A DNA stretch of 64,000 nucleotides, from NCBI GenBank assembly GCA_030141605.1, contig JAQGDQ010000801.1:30285-94284 (forward strand), read 5' to 3'. The DNA comes from Tubiluchus corallicola. Its lineage: Eukaryota; Animalia; Priapulida. The number at the start of each line of letters is the position of its first letter. Within the stretch, counting starts at the first letter, position 1. Position numbers and translations under genes: made by a program. Shown in pieces: positions 30,591 to 42,899 of the stretch. The notes beneath the pieces were generated by a model that was not told the DNA's origin, ran no database searches, and saw only the letters and a program-made list of their open reading frames with translations.

Positions 30591-31206
30591 AGCAAAACTG
30601 GACCCAAACTTAAATGTAGGTCAAAACAATCTACTCTTTAAAATATTGAAAAGAAACGTACCATTTTTTCAAAAATGACTTACGTGAAAGAATTATTACC
30701 ACACAAGCACAATTTCACGTTCGCGCCACTAGTTCTTCACTGTTACATGCAATTCGCCATTCACTTGTTAGATGGGCACTAGTGCCTGCATTTCAGAAAC
30801 ACATTCCATAAAAAACAGGTGCTGTACCTTCCAGTTCAGATATGTTAGTTTTTGACGAACTAAACACGTTCGACGGCTCATGTGTGAGTACAACGATAAA
30901 TTTGAAATTTGAATTTTTATCTTAAAACTTGTCTAGTTTTAGTACAACAAATTGAATATCTTACAGTAGCACTGTACTTCAATTCTCGCTTTCACAAACA
31001 CGTGCAACACGGTCATGGAATATTTTTGCTGTTGAAAATTGTTAGTTTGTGATGTCATCAATAGTTGGGCTCGCCCGCCGTTAATTAATTTTTTAATTTA
31101 TTATTTAATGATCAGAAACGCTTTTGCAGTATTAATGCTGTTAAAATGTATACTTTTTATCGGACTTGAAGTTGGGTTAGTACATGAAAAATCATCCTGT
31201 CTTCCT
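30591..31206 (+). mobile_element. Kolobok-like MITE K1, full length (616 bp)
   Basis: TTAA on both sides and AG...CT termini, as established for the Kolobok superfamily; at least 7 copies in the window. Confidence 0.8.
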
Positions 31207-31779
31207 TTAAAGCTGTTCGAATCGTAGTTTTAATCGAAACCACGGGAGGCGCAAAAGTACAATGATTTTCCGCGCGTCCGCAAGCCAGAAAGGTCTTAAG
31301 GGATTTGCAACTGTGGCTCGAACAATGCATTGTGGGAAGCACAACTGTGGCTCGAACAATGCATTGTGGGAAGAGTCCGGCAGCAATGTGTACAGATACT
31401 ACAAACTTCAGAAACTGGCAAACTTGGACAGCTTTAGGCACATTGAAATAGTTCACAGCATTATACAATGCTGCAGGTTTATGCTTACATAACGTTAACA
31501 ATAAAGCAAACACAATCTACCTAGTCCTAAATGAACAGGTATTCGCATGATGTCTATGCATCTAGGTCACTGGCTCAGTGGAAAGCTGGTTGGAAATTGT
31601 TTTAATTACAGACTCGCTTAAGAGATAATTTCACACGAAATTGCAAAACCTGGAAAGGAAAATTATCCAGTTTTCTTTTGTGCGTTTCGGTAAAGTATTT
31701 TAATTGAACGTTTTGACGTTGTGCGTTATGTTGCTCTAGGCTAGTGACTACTCCCACGCGATCCATAGGCGTACGGGAC

Positions 31780-31922
31780 GATGTTTCATCAGAGGGGCAG
31801 GTGGAGTTTGTCCGGAAAAATTTCTAGGAAGTTTCATAAGAGGGGCAGATCGAATTTGTCCTGAAAATTTTCTAGGAAGTTTCATAAGAGGGCAGATGGA
31901 ATTTGTTCTGAAAAATTTCCAA
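31780..31922. repeat. ~48-50-bp tandem repeat x3
   Basis: GTTTCATAAGAGGGGCAG...AAATTTCTAGGAA. Confidence 0.8.
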
Positions 31923-31974
31923 GTTCCCCTAGTTGGAGATAACACGAAATAAGTGCAAACAATTGGTCACATAG

Positions 31975-32950
31975 TTATTTATTTATTTATTTACTTATTC
32001 ATTTATTTATTTATTTATTTATTTGCTTATTTATTTATTTACTTATTTAATTATTCATTCATTCATTCATTCATTCATTCATTCATTTATTTACTTATTC
32101 ATTTATTCTTTCAGTCAATCAATCATTTGTTTATTTATTTACTTACTTATTCATTCATTCATTCATTCATTCATTCATTTATTTATTCATTCGTTCATTC
32201 ATTCATTCATTCATTCATTCATTTACTTACTTATTCATTCATTCATTCATTCATTCATTCATTCATTCATTCATTCATTCATTCATTCATTCATTCATTC
32301 ATTCATTCATTCATTCATTCATTCATTCATTCATTCATTTATTTATTTATTCATTTATTTACTTATTTATTTATTTACTTGCTTGTTCATTCATTCATTC
32401 ATTCATTTATTTATTCATTCGTTCATTCATTCATTCATTCATTCATTCATTTACTTACTTATTCATTCATTCATTCATTCATTCATTCATTCATTCATTC
32501 ATTCATTCATTCATTCATTCATTTATTTATTCATTTATTCATTTATTTACTTATTTATTTATTTACTTGCTTGTTCATTCATTCATTCATTCATTCATTT
32601 ATTCATTCATTCATTCATTCATTCATTCATTCATTCATTCATTCATTCATTCATTCATTCATTCATTTATTTATTTATTTATTTATTTACTTACTTACTT
32701 ATTCATTCATTCATTCATTCATTCAATTATTCATTCATTTATTTATTTATTTATTCATTCATTCATTCATTCATTCATTCATTCATTCATTCATTCATTC
32801 ATTCATTCATTCATTCATTCATTCATTCATTCATTCATTTATTTATTTATTTATTTATTTACTTACTTACTTACTTATTCATTCATTCATTCATTCATTC
32901 ATTTATTTATTTATTTACTTATTCATTCATTCATTCATTCATTTATTCAT
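31975..32950. repeat. (ATTC)n/(ATTT)n tetranucleotide array
   Basis: Directly visible. Confidence 0.97.
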
Positions 32951-33411
32951 AACCTAGCAGTTATGCTAACCACATAATACAATATAAAGTCACTTGTAAT
33001 ATAATTAAAATCATAAAATCACAGCTATATAACAAATACATAAATATAACAAATATCATTAAACGAGAAAAAAGAAACTTAAAAACCTAAAAAACCCTAA
33101 AAGAAACTTAAGACACGTATGTTGGTATAGACTTAAAAGTGTCTAAAAACAACATATTTGTACTTAAATCACAATAAAGACTTATCTGGCTTTGGTGAAC
33201 TATAACTAATAGCTGATACTATTATTAAGTTTCAAACTATTAAAACTTTGTCGTTTAAGATACACGTTAGTTGCTGGTAAGAATAGAAATAATACAGAAC
33301 CTAAGCAGTTTTTTATATTGGAAGTTTAAATTTTGAAATTTTAAAACTGAATTTTTTGCCCTTGAAATAACCAGCCTTTGCCCTGAGGACAACTGCGCCT
33401 ATGGCCACATC

Positions 33412-33725
33412 TCTACCGGTACCTAGTCATGTTACACTACCGGTACCTAGTCATGTTATACTACCAGTTCCTAGTCATGTTACACTACCAGTACCTAGTC
33501 ATGTTACACTACCGGTCCTAGTCGTGTTACACTACCGGTACCTAGTCATGTTACACTACCGGTTCCTAGTCGTGTTACACTACCAGTACCTAATCATGTT
33601 ACACTACCGGTACCTAGTCATGTTACACTACCGGTACCTAGACATGTTACACTACCGGTTCCTAGTCGTGTTACACTACCAGTACCTAGTCATGTTACAC
33701 TACCGATACCTAGTCGTGTTACACT
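33412..33725. repeat. 24-bp minisatellite, ~13 copies
   Basis: Unit CTACCGGTACCTAGTCATGTTACA. Confidence 0.95.
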
Positions 33726-35047
33726 CGCTGGTTTATTAAAATGCTTCGTTTCGTTTCTGGCAGTTTTTTACAACATTAAAAACGAGCTGGAATAATAGAA
33801 TATGTTTTGGTAAAATACTAGACAGTTTTGTTTTAAAAAATAACAAAGATTCGACGGGTCGAACAATGGCCAACGACGAAGGGACGAACTGAAATGATAG
33901 TGGTGTTTTTTTCGAAGCGCCCGGTAATTAGAACTGGTTTGAATATTTATACTGCACATTAACTGGAATTAGCTTCATAAATTTTTGCATATTATGAAAT
34001 GCGGCAGCTTAAATAGAGCAGAAATGTTAATTATCGTGGTGGTGCTAATACGGTTAGTGTATGACTGACCCTAGGCATCGAAACACTGTAAAACTGTCAC
34101 CTGCCACGTGGCGTGACACAATGTGGCGCAGTATTGTTTAAGTATTGATTTAAGTGCTATTTCAACTTATTGCCAGTATAACGAATGTTTATTAGCAAAG
34201 ATGTGACCTGCAAAAACTCGTGTGTAATCTACAATTTTGATGTTATGAATTTTATTTATAATCGATAATCAGAAAGCGTTTATATTTGTAAAAGGCGTTT
34301 TGAAATCGTAGTATTATCAGACTTACTTAAGTTGCAAAGATAACCTCTCTTGTGTGAGCTAAAATTATCACTGTATCACTTATGCAATGGAAGTGGTGCT
34401 GACAAACCTTTGGATATAGAAGTGTCTAGTTTTTTTGCTGGATTACTGCTGTGTTTACCTGTCTTGAAGACAGATTTCTTTTATTTTAGAATTCTGCGTG
34501 TCAATTGTCTAATGCAGACATAACTTGCATATAATGATGATGATAGTGGTGGTGGTGGTGGTGGTGATGATGATGATGATGATGATAATGATGATGATGA
34601 TGATGACGGTGGTGGTTGTGGTGGTGATGATGATGATGATGATGATGATGGTGATGATGGTGGTGGTAGTTGTGATGATGATGATTGTGATGATGGTGAT
34701 GATGATGATAGTGGTGGTGGTGGTGGTGGTGGTGATGATGATGATGATGCCGATGGTGGTTTGTGACCCATGAAAAAGCCAATATGAAACTCGAAATTTT
34801 AGATTTATAAAATGATAATCCAAGGCAAGAGGTCGCTTATTAATAAGCCCGTTTTCTCACCACAGATTTTGCAACAATCACATGTCACATAACGCTTCGC
34901 CTGATACGCATTTTTCTTTCTACTGTTGCGTTCAAAATATACAGAATCTCGATACAAAACGAACAGAATTGGTTGCCAGAAAGACTTTAATTTCAATAAA
35001 AATCTTTAAAGGTGGCTGCTCTCTTCTCTATACGGCGTGACACTGAA

Positions 35048-35332
35048 TTAAAATAAACCGTTCCACGTTGAGAGGTAGCGTTCTGCGTTAAAATAAACCG
35101 TTCCACGTTGAGAGGTAGCGTTCTGAGTTAAAACAAACCGTTCCACGTTGAGAGGTAGCGTTCTGCGTTAAAATAAACCGTTCCACGTTGAGAGGTAGCG
35201 TTCTGAGTTAAAACAAACCGTTCCACGTTGAGAGGTAGCGTTCTGCGTTAAAATAAACCGTTCCACGTTGAGAGGTAGCGTTCTGAGTTAAAACAAACCG
35301 TTCCACGTTGATAGGTAGCGTTCTGAGTTAAA
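35048..35332. repeat. 40-bp tandem repeat x7 with alternating variants
   Basis: Unit TTAAAA(T/C)AAACCGTTCCACGTTGAGAGGTAGCGTTCTG(C/A)G. Confidence 0.95.
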
Positions 35333-35753
35333 ACCATCGAAAAAAGAAAATAATCATTAAAAATGAATTAGTGGGGCAAGAAAAATGGAAAATATGGCAA
35401 AATTTATAAAGTATTTTTGCTGACTGACATACATTATTCTTCGCAAAAAGTGTGATAATAAACTCTCTTTTTATGACAGCCATATTAATTCTACTGTATG
35501 TGATCAGAAATAATGCCATTGTATACCAAGTTGAGTATAATCAATGCTGTTCCCTGGTTACGATGACTTGAATACGAACTACTTTCTGGTGGAATAATAC
35601 ACCCGTCACGCGGTCCGTGATGAAGCTGACGTGAAGAGACTTAAATCATTGGCCTACATTAAAACAAGAGTTCGTCTGATCCCTGTTCGTTATTTTAGAT
35701 TTCGAAAACCAGAATAAAAATAAGTTTTCAGTTCAGGTTATTATGCCGTATTT

Positions 35754-36570
35754 ATCATCATCATCCAATGAATCACACGCCCAGTGACATGATTCTGCTC
35801 ACCTCCCTATGCTAGATCATCATCATCATCATCATCCAATGAATCACACGCCCAGTGACATGATTCTGCTCACCTCCCTATGCCAGGACTCCCTACGCGC
35901 TGCAATGCCCCAAGTACATTTATTTCTAAGGATCAATGCTGAAGTGTTTAAATCTTTCTGTGCAAAATCTAAATATGTTAACATTTGTCCTCCTGCAGGT
36001 TTTTTAGCTGGTTCTATGGCTTGTTGAAGAGCTATCTTCACTGGAATATCATCTGGTAGTCTAGCATATGCCCAATCCATCTTAAACAGCGTCTTTTTAT
36101 TTTTCTTGTCCAAGGTTCTTCTTTTATTTCTTCATATAGATCTTTGTTTGAAATTTTCTTTGGCCATCTAATACCCAAAATGTTTCTGTAATTTCGCGTT
36201 TGAAACGCATCGATTTCAGCTTTATGATTTGCTTTTAATGTCCAGAGCTCAGAGTTATACAGAAATACAGTTTCAACTCAGGCTGAGAATATTCTAATTT
36301 TTGTTTCCAAAGAAATCTTCCTATTCTCAAAACTTTTGTGAGTTTTGAGATAGCTGATAATGCCATTATCTTCCGTCTTGATATGTCGTCTTCTGTTGCC
36401 AGCAGACTGCCGAGATACTTGCATCTTTGCAATGATTCATCACCATGGCGTGTCATGTCAAACTCTTCAGTTTTATTTTTGTTTACAACGAGATCCATTC
36501 TGTTCAGTATTGACAAATGTCTGTTACAGACAGTCCTCCATATTTGGAATGCGTGTTGCTGTAAAATGAC
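35754..36570 (-). mobile_element. RTE-clade LINE 3' fragment with duplicated 3' end
   Basis: CKYLGSLLATEDDISRRK and RLPDDIPVKIAL peptides; (ATG)n tail; near-identical to 49260-49812. Confidence 0.85.
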
Positions 36571-37933
36571 TAGTTAAGATTTGCTTTCACACAATTTTTG
36601 TGACTAAGATAACCTCTCTTGCCTCTCTTGTGTGCTAAAATTATCACTGTATCACTTATGCGACGGAAGTGGTGCTGACAACCTTTGGATATAGAAGTGT
36701 GTAGTTTTTACTGGAACACTGCTGCGTTTACCTGTCTTGAAGACAAATTTCTTTTATTTTAGAATTCTGCCTGTCAATTGTCTAATGCAGACATAACTTG
36801 CATATAATGATGATGGTAGTGGTGATGATGACGATGATGATAGTGGTGGTGGTGATAATGACGATGAGAGTAATGATGATATATATATATATATATATAT
36901 ATTATATACTTATTGTAAATTAATTACTGTATGTGTATGTCAGTACCTTAGATGTTGTATCATTGAGCTTATACATAAAACTTTGATGTATAATCGAGTC
37001 TGTCTTTAGCTTAAAAAATTGAATCTAACTTCTATAATTGCTTCCTTACTAACGTAGTATATGTTTTATAAACTTATATATATATATGTGTGTGTAATTA
37101 TATCTTTGTAAACAGTGTATGCATAGTGTAAATTGTAATTGTAATTACCCAATAAATATGTTAAAAATGTTGTATATTATACACAGTTTACTGAACACTA
37201 GAGTACAGTATAGACTAAAACAACATGTCTTCACCACCGGTCCAATTGTAAACTGTAGGTTCCTGGTTCAAATCCAGACTGTACTCAAACTTTTTCACAT
37301 TTCATGTCTTTCAGAATTGATTTGAAAGTTTTATCACCTGTGGGGTTTGTGTCATGATTAATAATAACCTCATCATTAAGATTATAACATGACCATGTTG
37401 ATATTCCCACTTGATTAATGATAACTGCTCGGTAAATTGTTTATGATATGAAAAGCTACTAACTGGGGCAAAGAGTTAAACGATTGAATTCTTCGTCTAA
37501 ATATTTATTCCGGCAACGTCCATTGTCAAAGTCACTGAACTGTTTGTGTAAAATGGTCTGACAGGTTCGTACCGCCTTGTTGTCAGTTAAGAGTTTCTCT
37601 TATGAGTTGTACAGTTAGCAGGATGTACAGTGAGGAATCATTGGATTTTATTTAACCTAGTTATTTCATTTATTTCATTTTTTATTTCAATTTTCCAAGC
37701 CAACGAGTTTCAAAAGTTTAATAATTTGTAATAAATAATAATAATAATAATAATAATGGTAGCACTAGTAGTAGTAGTAATAGTAAGTAATAGTAATAGT
37801 AATAGTAATAGTAATAGTAATAGTAATAGTAATAGTAATAGTAATAGTAATAGTAATAGTAATAGTAATAGTAATAGTAATAGTAATAGTAATAGTAATA
37901 GTAATAGTAATAGTAATAGTAATAATTATAATA

Positions 37934-38018
<85 letters not shown>

Positions 38019-38034
38019 TGATAATAATAATAAC

Positions 38035-38557
38035 GTGACTAACTACAAGAACATTTTTCATTTGGTAAACCTGCAATTTCAGTGCATCATACGCGCATGA
38101 GAATCGGATTTTCTCAGCTAAACTATGACCTTTTCTCTAAAGGCTGTAAAGATAATAACGGTCATCCAATATTGCCGAATTGTAACTGTGGATTTCGATT
38201 TGAGTCTGTTGAACACTTTTTGTTGCACTGCCCATTATATTAACAAACTAGGGTTGTTATGTTTGATAAACTAAATGAAAGTTTATATTACGTACTAAAC
38301 GCTTCCAGTAGTTTCTATCTGATATGAAATGCATCAGTCTTAAATATTCGTACATTAATATTATCTAACCGTCATTTTCTACAAATGTCTAATGTAATCT
38401 TGTAGTAAAACTTGTCAGCTTGTGTAGTTATAGTCTATTCTTACTGTAAATGTTCTTGTAAATAGTGTATAAAGTCTGTTGTGGTGAGGATCCTAAATCA
38501 TGTTGTTCAAAGTCTCTGATCCAATCCTGTAATAAATTATGTTCAAACTAAACTAAG
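38035..38557 (+). mobile_element. RTEX-like LINE 3' fragment
   Basis: CNCGFRFESVEHFLLHCP zinc finger, 3' UTR, AATAAA and AAACTAAACT tail. Confidence 0.7.
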
Positions 38558-38692
38558 TATGAGATTTTTCTTTAATAATCTCTATTATTTACGTTAAGTA
38601 TTAAATTTGCATTAATGGAAGTCTAGTTTGCTCCAAACACGCTAAATGGGACAGACAGTATCAAGTCTTTAATGTTGTTTTTCTTTTCACAG

Positions 38693-40921
38693 GAAGAGGT
38701 ACGACGGCAAGGAGAAGCCATCACCAGACAGATAATGGAGCTGTACGCCTCCTTCGGGAAGCACCAGATGGTGGACCAGCAACTGCAACATCTCCTTCAG
38801 TGCACTAATGGACTACTTCCCCACAGAGCCTCGCGCATGCGCAGTGTTGACGTGTCTAGCGGTGATCATTTAGGCACCGGGATAGACGATTCGTTTAACG
38901 ACGAACTTACTGCGTGTGATGAACAACATTATGGCAGGGCGGGTAGTCGGTGTTCACTTATAGACGAAATATCGTCCATTAATAAAGGACACTCTACCAG
39001 TGCAAGCGATGTGGGTGTTGAACCATTTGATGAAGTAACAGCAAGTGATGAACCAGTTGCTAACAATAAGCAACGAACTTCAGAAATGCCGTACTTTCAT
39101 ACGACGTCGAGTTCTATAGACAGTGGCTACAAAAGTCCTTCTGATTATGGCAGTGCAAGTTCCTACAATTGTGAGAAAAATGGCGACTGCCCCGCACCTG
39201 GTGACGAAAGCACATCAACGTATTGTGAACAGGACGTGTTTCAAAATCAACAGGACCTACTAGATCGACTGAATGATTCTGGTTTTTATGATTGTTCTTT
39301 GGATTTGTTGATGTATTTGAGAGCGTCTCTAAATGCTTTGCAAATGAGACGCTTGTCCACAGCAAATGCCGACGCGGACACCCTCCCAACTACAGACGAG
39401 AGACGACTAAGTTATGCTGAGTCAACCATCACGGCATCTAGTACAAGAACCAACAGTTCTGGATCACAGTGCCGCACGGTTAGTACACAAACACTTGTAA
39501 ACGACTCACCGCGCTCAAGCCCCAACGGTGCATTAAAATCCAGATGCAAGGAGGACCAAGATGCGGATGCGATCCCTGCATCTGAGAAAGAAACAAGATT
39601 TGACTCAAAGGGACGACCGCAAGTTTCTGAAGGTTCCGAGATTTCGTGTGATGATACAGCAGGAAACGTGAGCAATGATGAAATAAAGAGAAAGAAAGCT
39701 TGCAAGGAATCACACAGTGTGCAGTACTACGACAGTAGTACAGAAAAATCTGTTAAATTCAAAGAACCACTAGTTACAACACAAGATTTCATTCTGTCAA
39801 AGAAAAATGAACTTAACTACAATGTTAGAAATGATCTGCAGAATGAAAACGGGGCAATGAAAAAGAAGAAACAATGCACGGGCAGCCATAATTTTGGTTC
39901 ATTGTGTTGTCACAGTGGACACATGACCACAACTTCAGATGCTAATCAGAAATCACTGTGGTCACAAAACGTATCAGCTGGTTGCATAAAGATGGGAGGA
40001 CGGATGCTGCAGGACAAAAACAAAATGAAGAAGTCAGCGATGAAACAAAAACAGCCCGAGGTTGTGAAAAATTCTAATAAATTAAAATCCACGACTGAAA
40101 TAGTACGCGGTGTTATGGATGACATGGAAAAATTGTACGTAGCGAGCGATCCAGCAACGGATAAGCCAATGACATCCACTAGAAGTGCTTACGGACCTGC
40201 TGCTGCTTACCACATATACGAAGAGATTCCTGATCATAACCATTATCAACCGTCACTTGTAAAGACCACAGGAGAAGCACCGCCGCCATTGCCGGACCGG
40301 CCATTCCGGACACCAGAGAAACACGCGAAGACGGCCACAAAAGTACAAGAAGTTCAGAAAGTGAAACCGCCTAGTCTTGAAGCCATAGACAAAATCAAAA
40401 ACTTAAAATCTTACATATCAGGATTGATCGATTCCAGGAGGAAAGACAACAGCGGACAAGGTCAACAAAATCACGACAGTTACGGATTCTGCAAACCCGT
40501 CCAGGAACTGGGAAAATGTGAGATTAACTTCCTGAAGGAACCCGATGAAACCCTGCGCAGGAGATTACTTGGCGAGGACGATACTAAATCTGGCACGTGT
40601 TCAACTTTAAACGGTTATAACAACGACATATGCAATATTAGCGATACTTACAATCTGGACGTTACGGGAAACATCCTATTTTCCTCCCCGTTTAAGAGGG
40701 AAATGGTTCGGGCAAGCCTGCGTGTGGAGAAATCCAGACAAAACCGCAAAGAAGCATCGAAATGTCGTCAGAATTTATACAGTCTGGTAAACAAAGCTCA
40801 ATACAGACAAAACATCGCGCGTCATCTGGAAGACGAGTGGAATGTGTTGAATAAAATGGACGCCACCACCGCAGACCTGGCGCCACCTATTGTAAAGGGA
40901 GTAAATAGTTGCCAGGTGTAA
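38693..40921 (+). CDS. Large terminal coding exon (~742 aa) of an uncharacterised, mostly disordered adaptor-like protein
   Basis: 2.2-kb non-repetitive open frame; acceptor TTTTCTTTTCACAG|GAA (phase 0); motifs DSGYKS, HIYEEIP, PPPLPDRP, C-terminal SCQV; AATAAA at 41103. The track's MLFFFSQ start is probably intronic. Confidence 0.85.
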   Translation, partial: EEVRRQGEAITRQIMELYASFGKHQMVDQQLQHLLQCTNGLLPHRASRMRSVDVSSGDHLGTGIDDSFNDELTACDEQHYGRAGSRCSLIDEISSINKGHSTSASDVGVEPFDEVTASDEPVANNKQRTSEMPYFHTTSSSIDSGYKSPSDYGSASSYNCEKNGDCPAPGDESTSTYCEQDVFQNQQDLLDRLNDSGFYDCSLDLLMYLRASLNALQMRRLSTANADADTLPTTDERRLSYAESTITASSTRTNSSGSQCRTVSTQTLVNDSPRSSPNGALKSRCKEDQDADAIPASEKETRFDSKGRPQVSEGSEISCDDTAGNVSNDEIKRKKACKESHSVQYYDSSTEKSVKFKEPLVTTQDFILSKKNELNYNVRNDLQNENGAMKKKKQCTGSHNFGSLCCHSGHMTTTSDANQKSLWSQNVSAGCIKMGGRMLQDKNKMKKSAMKQKQPEVVKNSNKLKSTTEIVRGVMDDMEKLYVASDPATDKPMTSTRSAYGPAAAYHIYEEIPDHNHYQPSLVKTTGEAPPPLPDRPFRTPEKHAKTATKVQEVQKVKPPSLEAIDKIKNLKSYISGLIDSRRKDNSGQGQQNHDSYGFCKPVQELGKCEINFLKEPDETLRRRLLGEDDTKSGTCSTLNGYNNDICNISDTYNLDVTGNILFSSPFKREMVRASLRVEKSRQNRKEASKCRQNLYSLVNKAQYRQNIARHLEDEWNVLNKMDATTADLAPPIVKGVNSCQV

Positions 40922-41219
40922 TTATTAATGTAAATGTTTGTATATAGTTTGATTGCGTTGTAGAATGTCATAGTGATTTTTAATTCTAACAAACATAAGT
41001 AATATTTTAACTGTGATTATATTGTCAAGTTGATGACGTAGTAATATAAATTTAATAACCAGTGTGTTGATATTTATTCGTGTTGACAAATATAGTAATG
41101 ACAATAAAGGACGATAATTATAGCACTAAGTGTTTTTTGTGCTGCTATTGATTTTAAAATATTTCGTACAGTTTATGTACAAAGAAGTAAATTTCAACTG
41201 TAATGCTGCTGACATACCT

Positions 41220-41657
41220 CCCTTTCAGTCCCAAATTATTTTTTTAATAAGAAAATTTTTTTTGGCTTGGTACTTTTGTTCAGTATGTCCATCTTGTTTA
41301 CACATAGTAATTATTTTTTTCTACCTGTGCCCGTGTGCTAAATATAGCCTGTATCCCACGGATACATTGGGATTCAATGGAAGCATGAAATGTGTTTCAT
41401 TTTGCAACTGCTGATAATTTTTTAAAGTATTTAAGACATTTAGTATGCATGCTGTGCTGATCTGTACAATGTCGTCTCTAAAGTACTGTACCTTGCGCAG
41501 TTTTTTGTGCCATGTAGATTTTCTAGTTTGCCATTTTATCACCATTTTAGTCTATTGCTATTGGCTTAAATCAAAATAACTATTAACAGATCAAATAACT
41601 GTCAGTTTTAAAATTTTATTAATTTTAAAGGCAGAAAATATTCTCGTATCCCACGGG
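41220..41657 (-). mobile_element. piggyBac-like MITE, same family as 59319-59779, ends eroded
   Basis: Reverse-complement homology. Confidence 0.75.
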
Positions 41658-41680
41658 AAATCATCTAATGCTCTACTTAA

Positions 41681-42278
41681 AACAAAACCAGACCCAACAT
41701 AAAACAGCAGGTCAAAACAGACCATCTTTTAAAATATTGAAAGGAAACATACTATTTTTTAAAGAATGACTGACTTAAAAGAATTACTACCACACAACAC
41801 AACTTCACGTTCACGCCACTAATTCTTTGCTGTTACATGCATCTCGCTATTCGCTAGTTACACGAGTACTAGCACCTGCATTTCAGAAAACATTGCACAA
41901 AAAACAGGCGCTGTACCTCTCAGTACAGATGTATTAGTTTGATACGAACTGCGCACGTTCGACAGCTCATGCTTCAGTGCAGTGGTAAATTTGAAGTTAA
42001 AAATTTTAACTTAAAACTTACGAGTTTTAGTACAAAACATTGAATATCTTACAGGAGTACTGCACTTCAATTTTCTCTTTCACAAACACATGCAACACGC
42101 TCGTGGAATATTTTTGTAGTTGAAAATTATGTTAGTTTGTGACGTTGTCAATAGTTGAGCTCGCCATCCGTTAACCAAGATTTTAATCTATTTTTTAGTT
42201 ATCAGAAACGCTTTTGCAGTATTAATTTTGTCAAAAATGTATACTTTTTATAGTATATGAAAATCATCCTGTCTTCCT
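41681..42278 (+). mobile_element. Kolobok-like MITE K1, both ends
   Basis: TTAA on both sides; homology to 30591-31206. Confidence 0.8.
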
Positions 42279-42355
42279 TTAAATCAGCAGAAATCATATT
42301 AATAGCCAATTTGATTTGAATTCATAGTTTGCTTAGGTGGCAGTTTATGCAAATA

Positions 42356-42899
42356 ATTGGCTTCCTTCTGTCTCGGAAGACAATGGAGTGTGCGCCAAGA
42401 GAGTCAATTATTGATCACATTGAAGGAGCTGCAAAGTCGATTGTGGCTGAGCAGTGCCATCCTTGCACGTCTCCAGGGCGCACGCCTGGGCAAGGTGTGT
42501 GGAGATCCTGAGTTGCTCAGACAACAGGAACCCCCTCTCTTCCTCTCTGGTGTAGTCCAAAGAAAAGCGGAGCGATTCGTTTAGCACCAGGTTGGCTGCA
42601 GGAGCTGCCGGAGTCAGTGAGCATGCTGCACTGGTCCGCCTTCGGGGCTCCACTCCTGATTTGGAAGGTTTACTCCTCTACACATGGCAGTTGGGTCACT
42701 TGACCTCCTCCGCCCTCTAGCCGTTGGCTGCTTGTGCAGCTCCTCCGCCTAGTATCGAGATACAGTGTGGGCGTCCCGCAAGCCTACAGCACCTGGTATT
42801 CCTAGGCGGTCACCCATCCAAGTACTAACCAGGCTCTACGTTGCTTAACTTCGGCGATCAGACGAGAACCGGTGTTCTCAACATGATTTGCCCGTAGGC
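42356..42899 (-). mobile_element. Full-length 5S rRNA-headed SINE (SINE3-type), ~544 bp
   Basis: 120-nt 5S head (42780-42899), ~420-nt body, 3' hairpin TGTCT-TCCG-AGACA, flanking direct repeats AGTTTATGCAAATA (42342-42355) / AGTTTTGCAAATA (42900-42912). Confidence 0.88.

Noticed and set aside
31262-31492. Short ORF as an upstream exon of the adaptor gene
   Set aside because: Contains a 34-bp-period duplication, has no recognisable similarity and no convincing splice sites.
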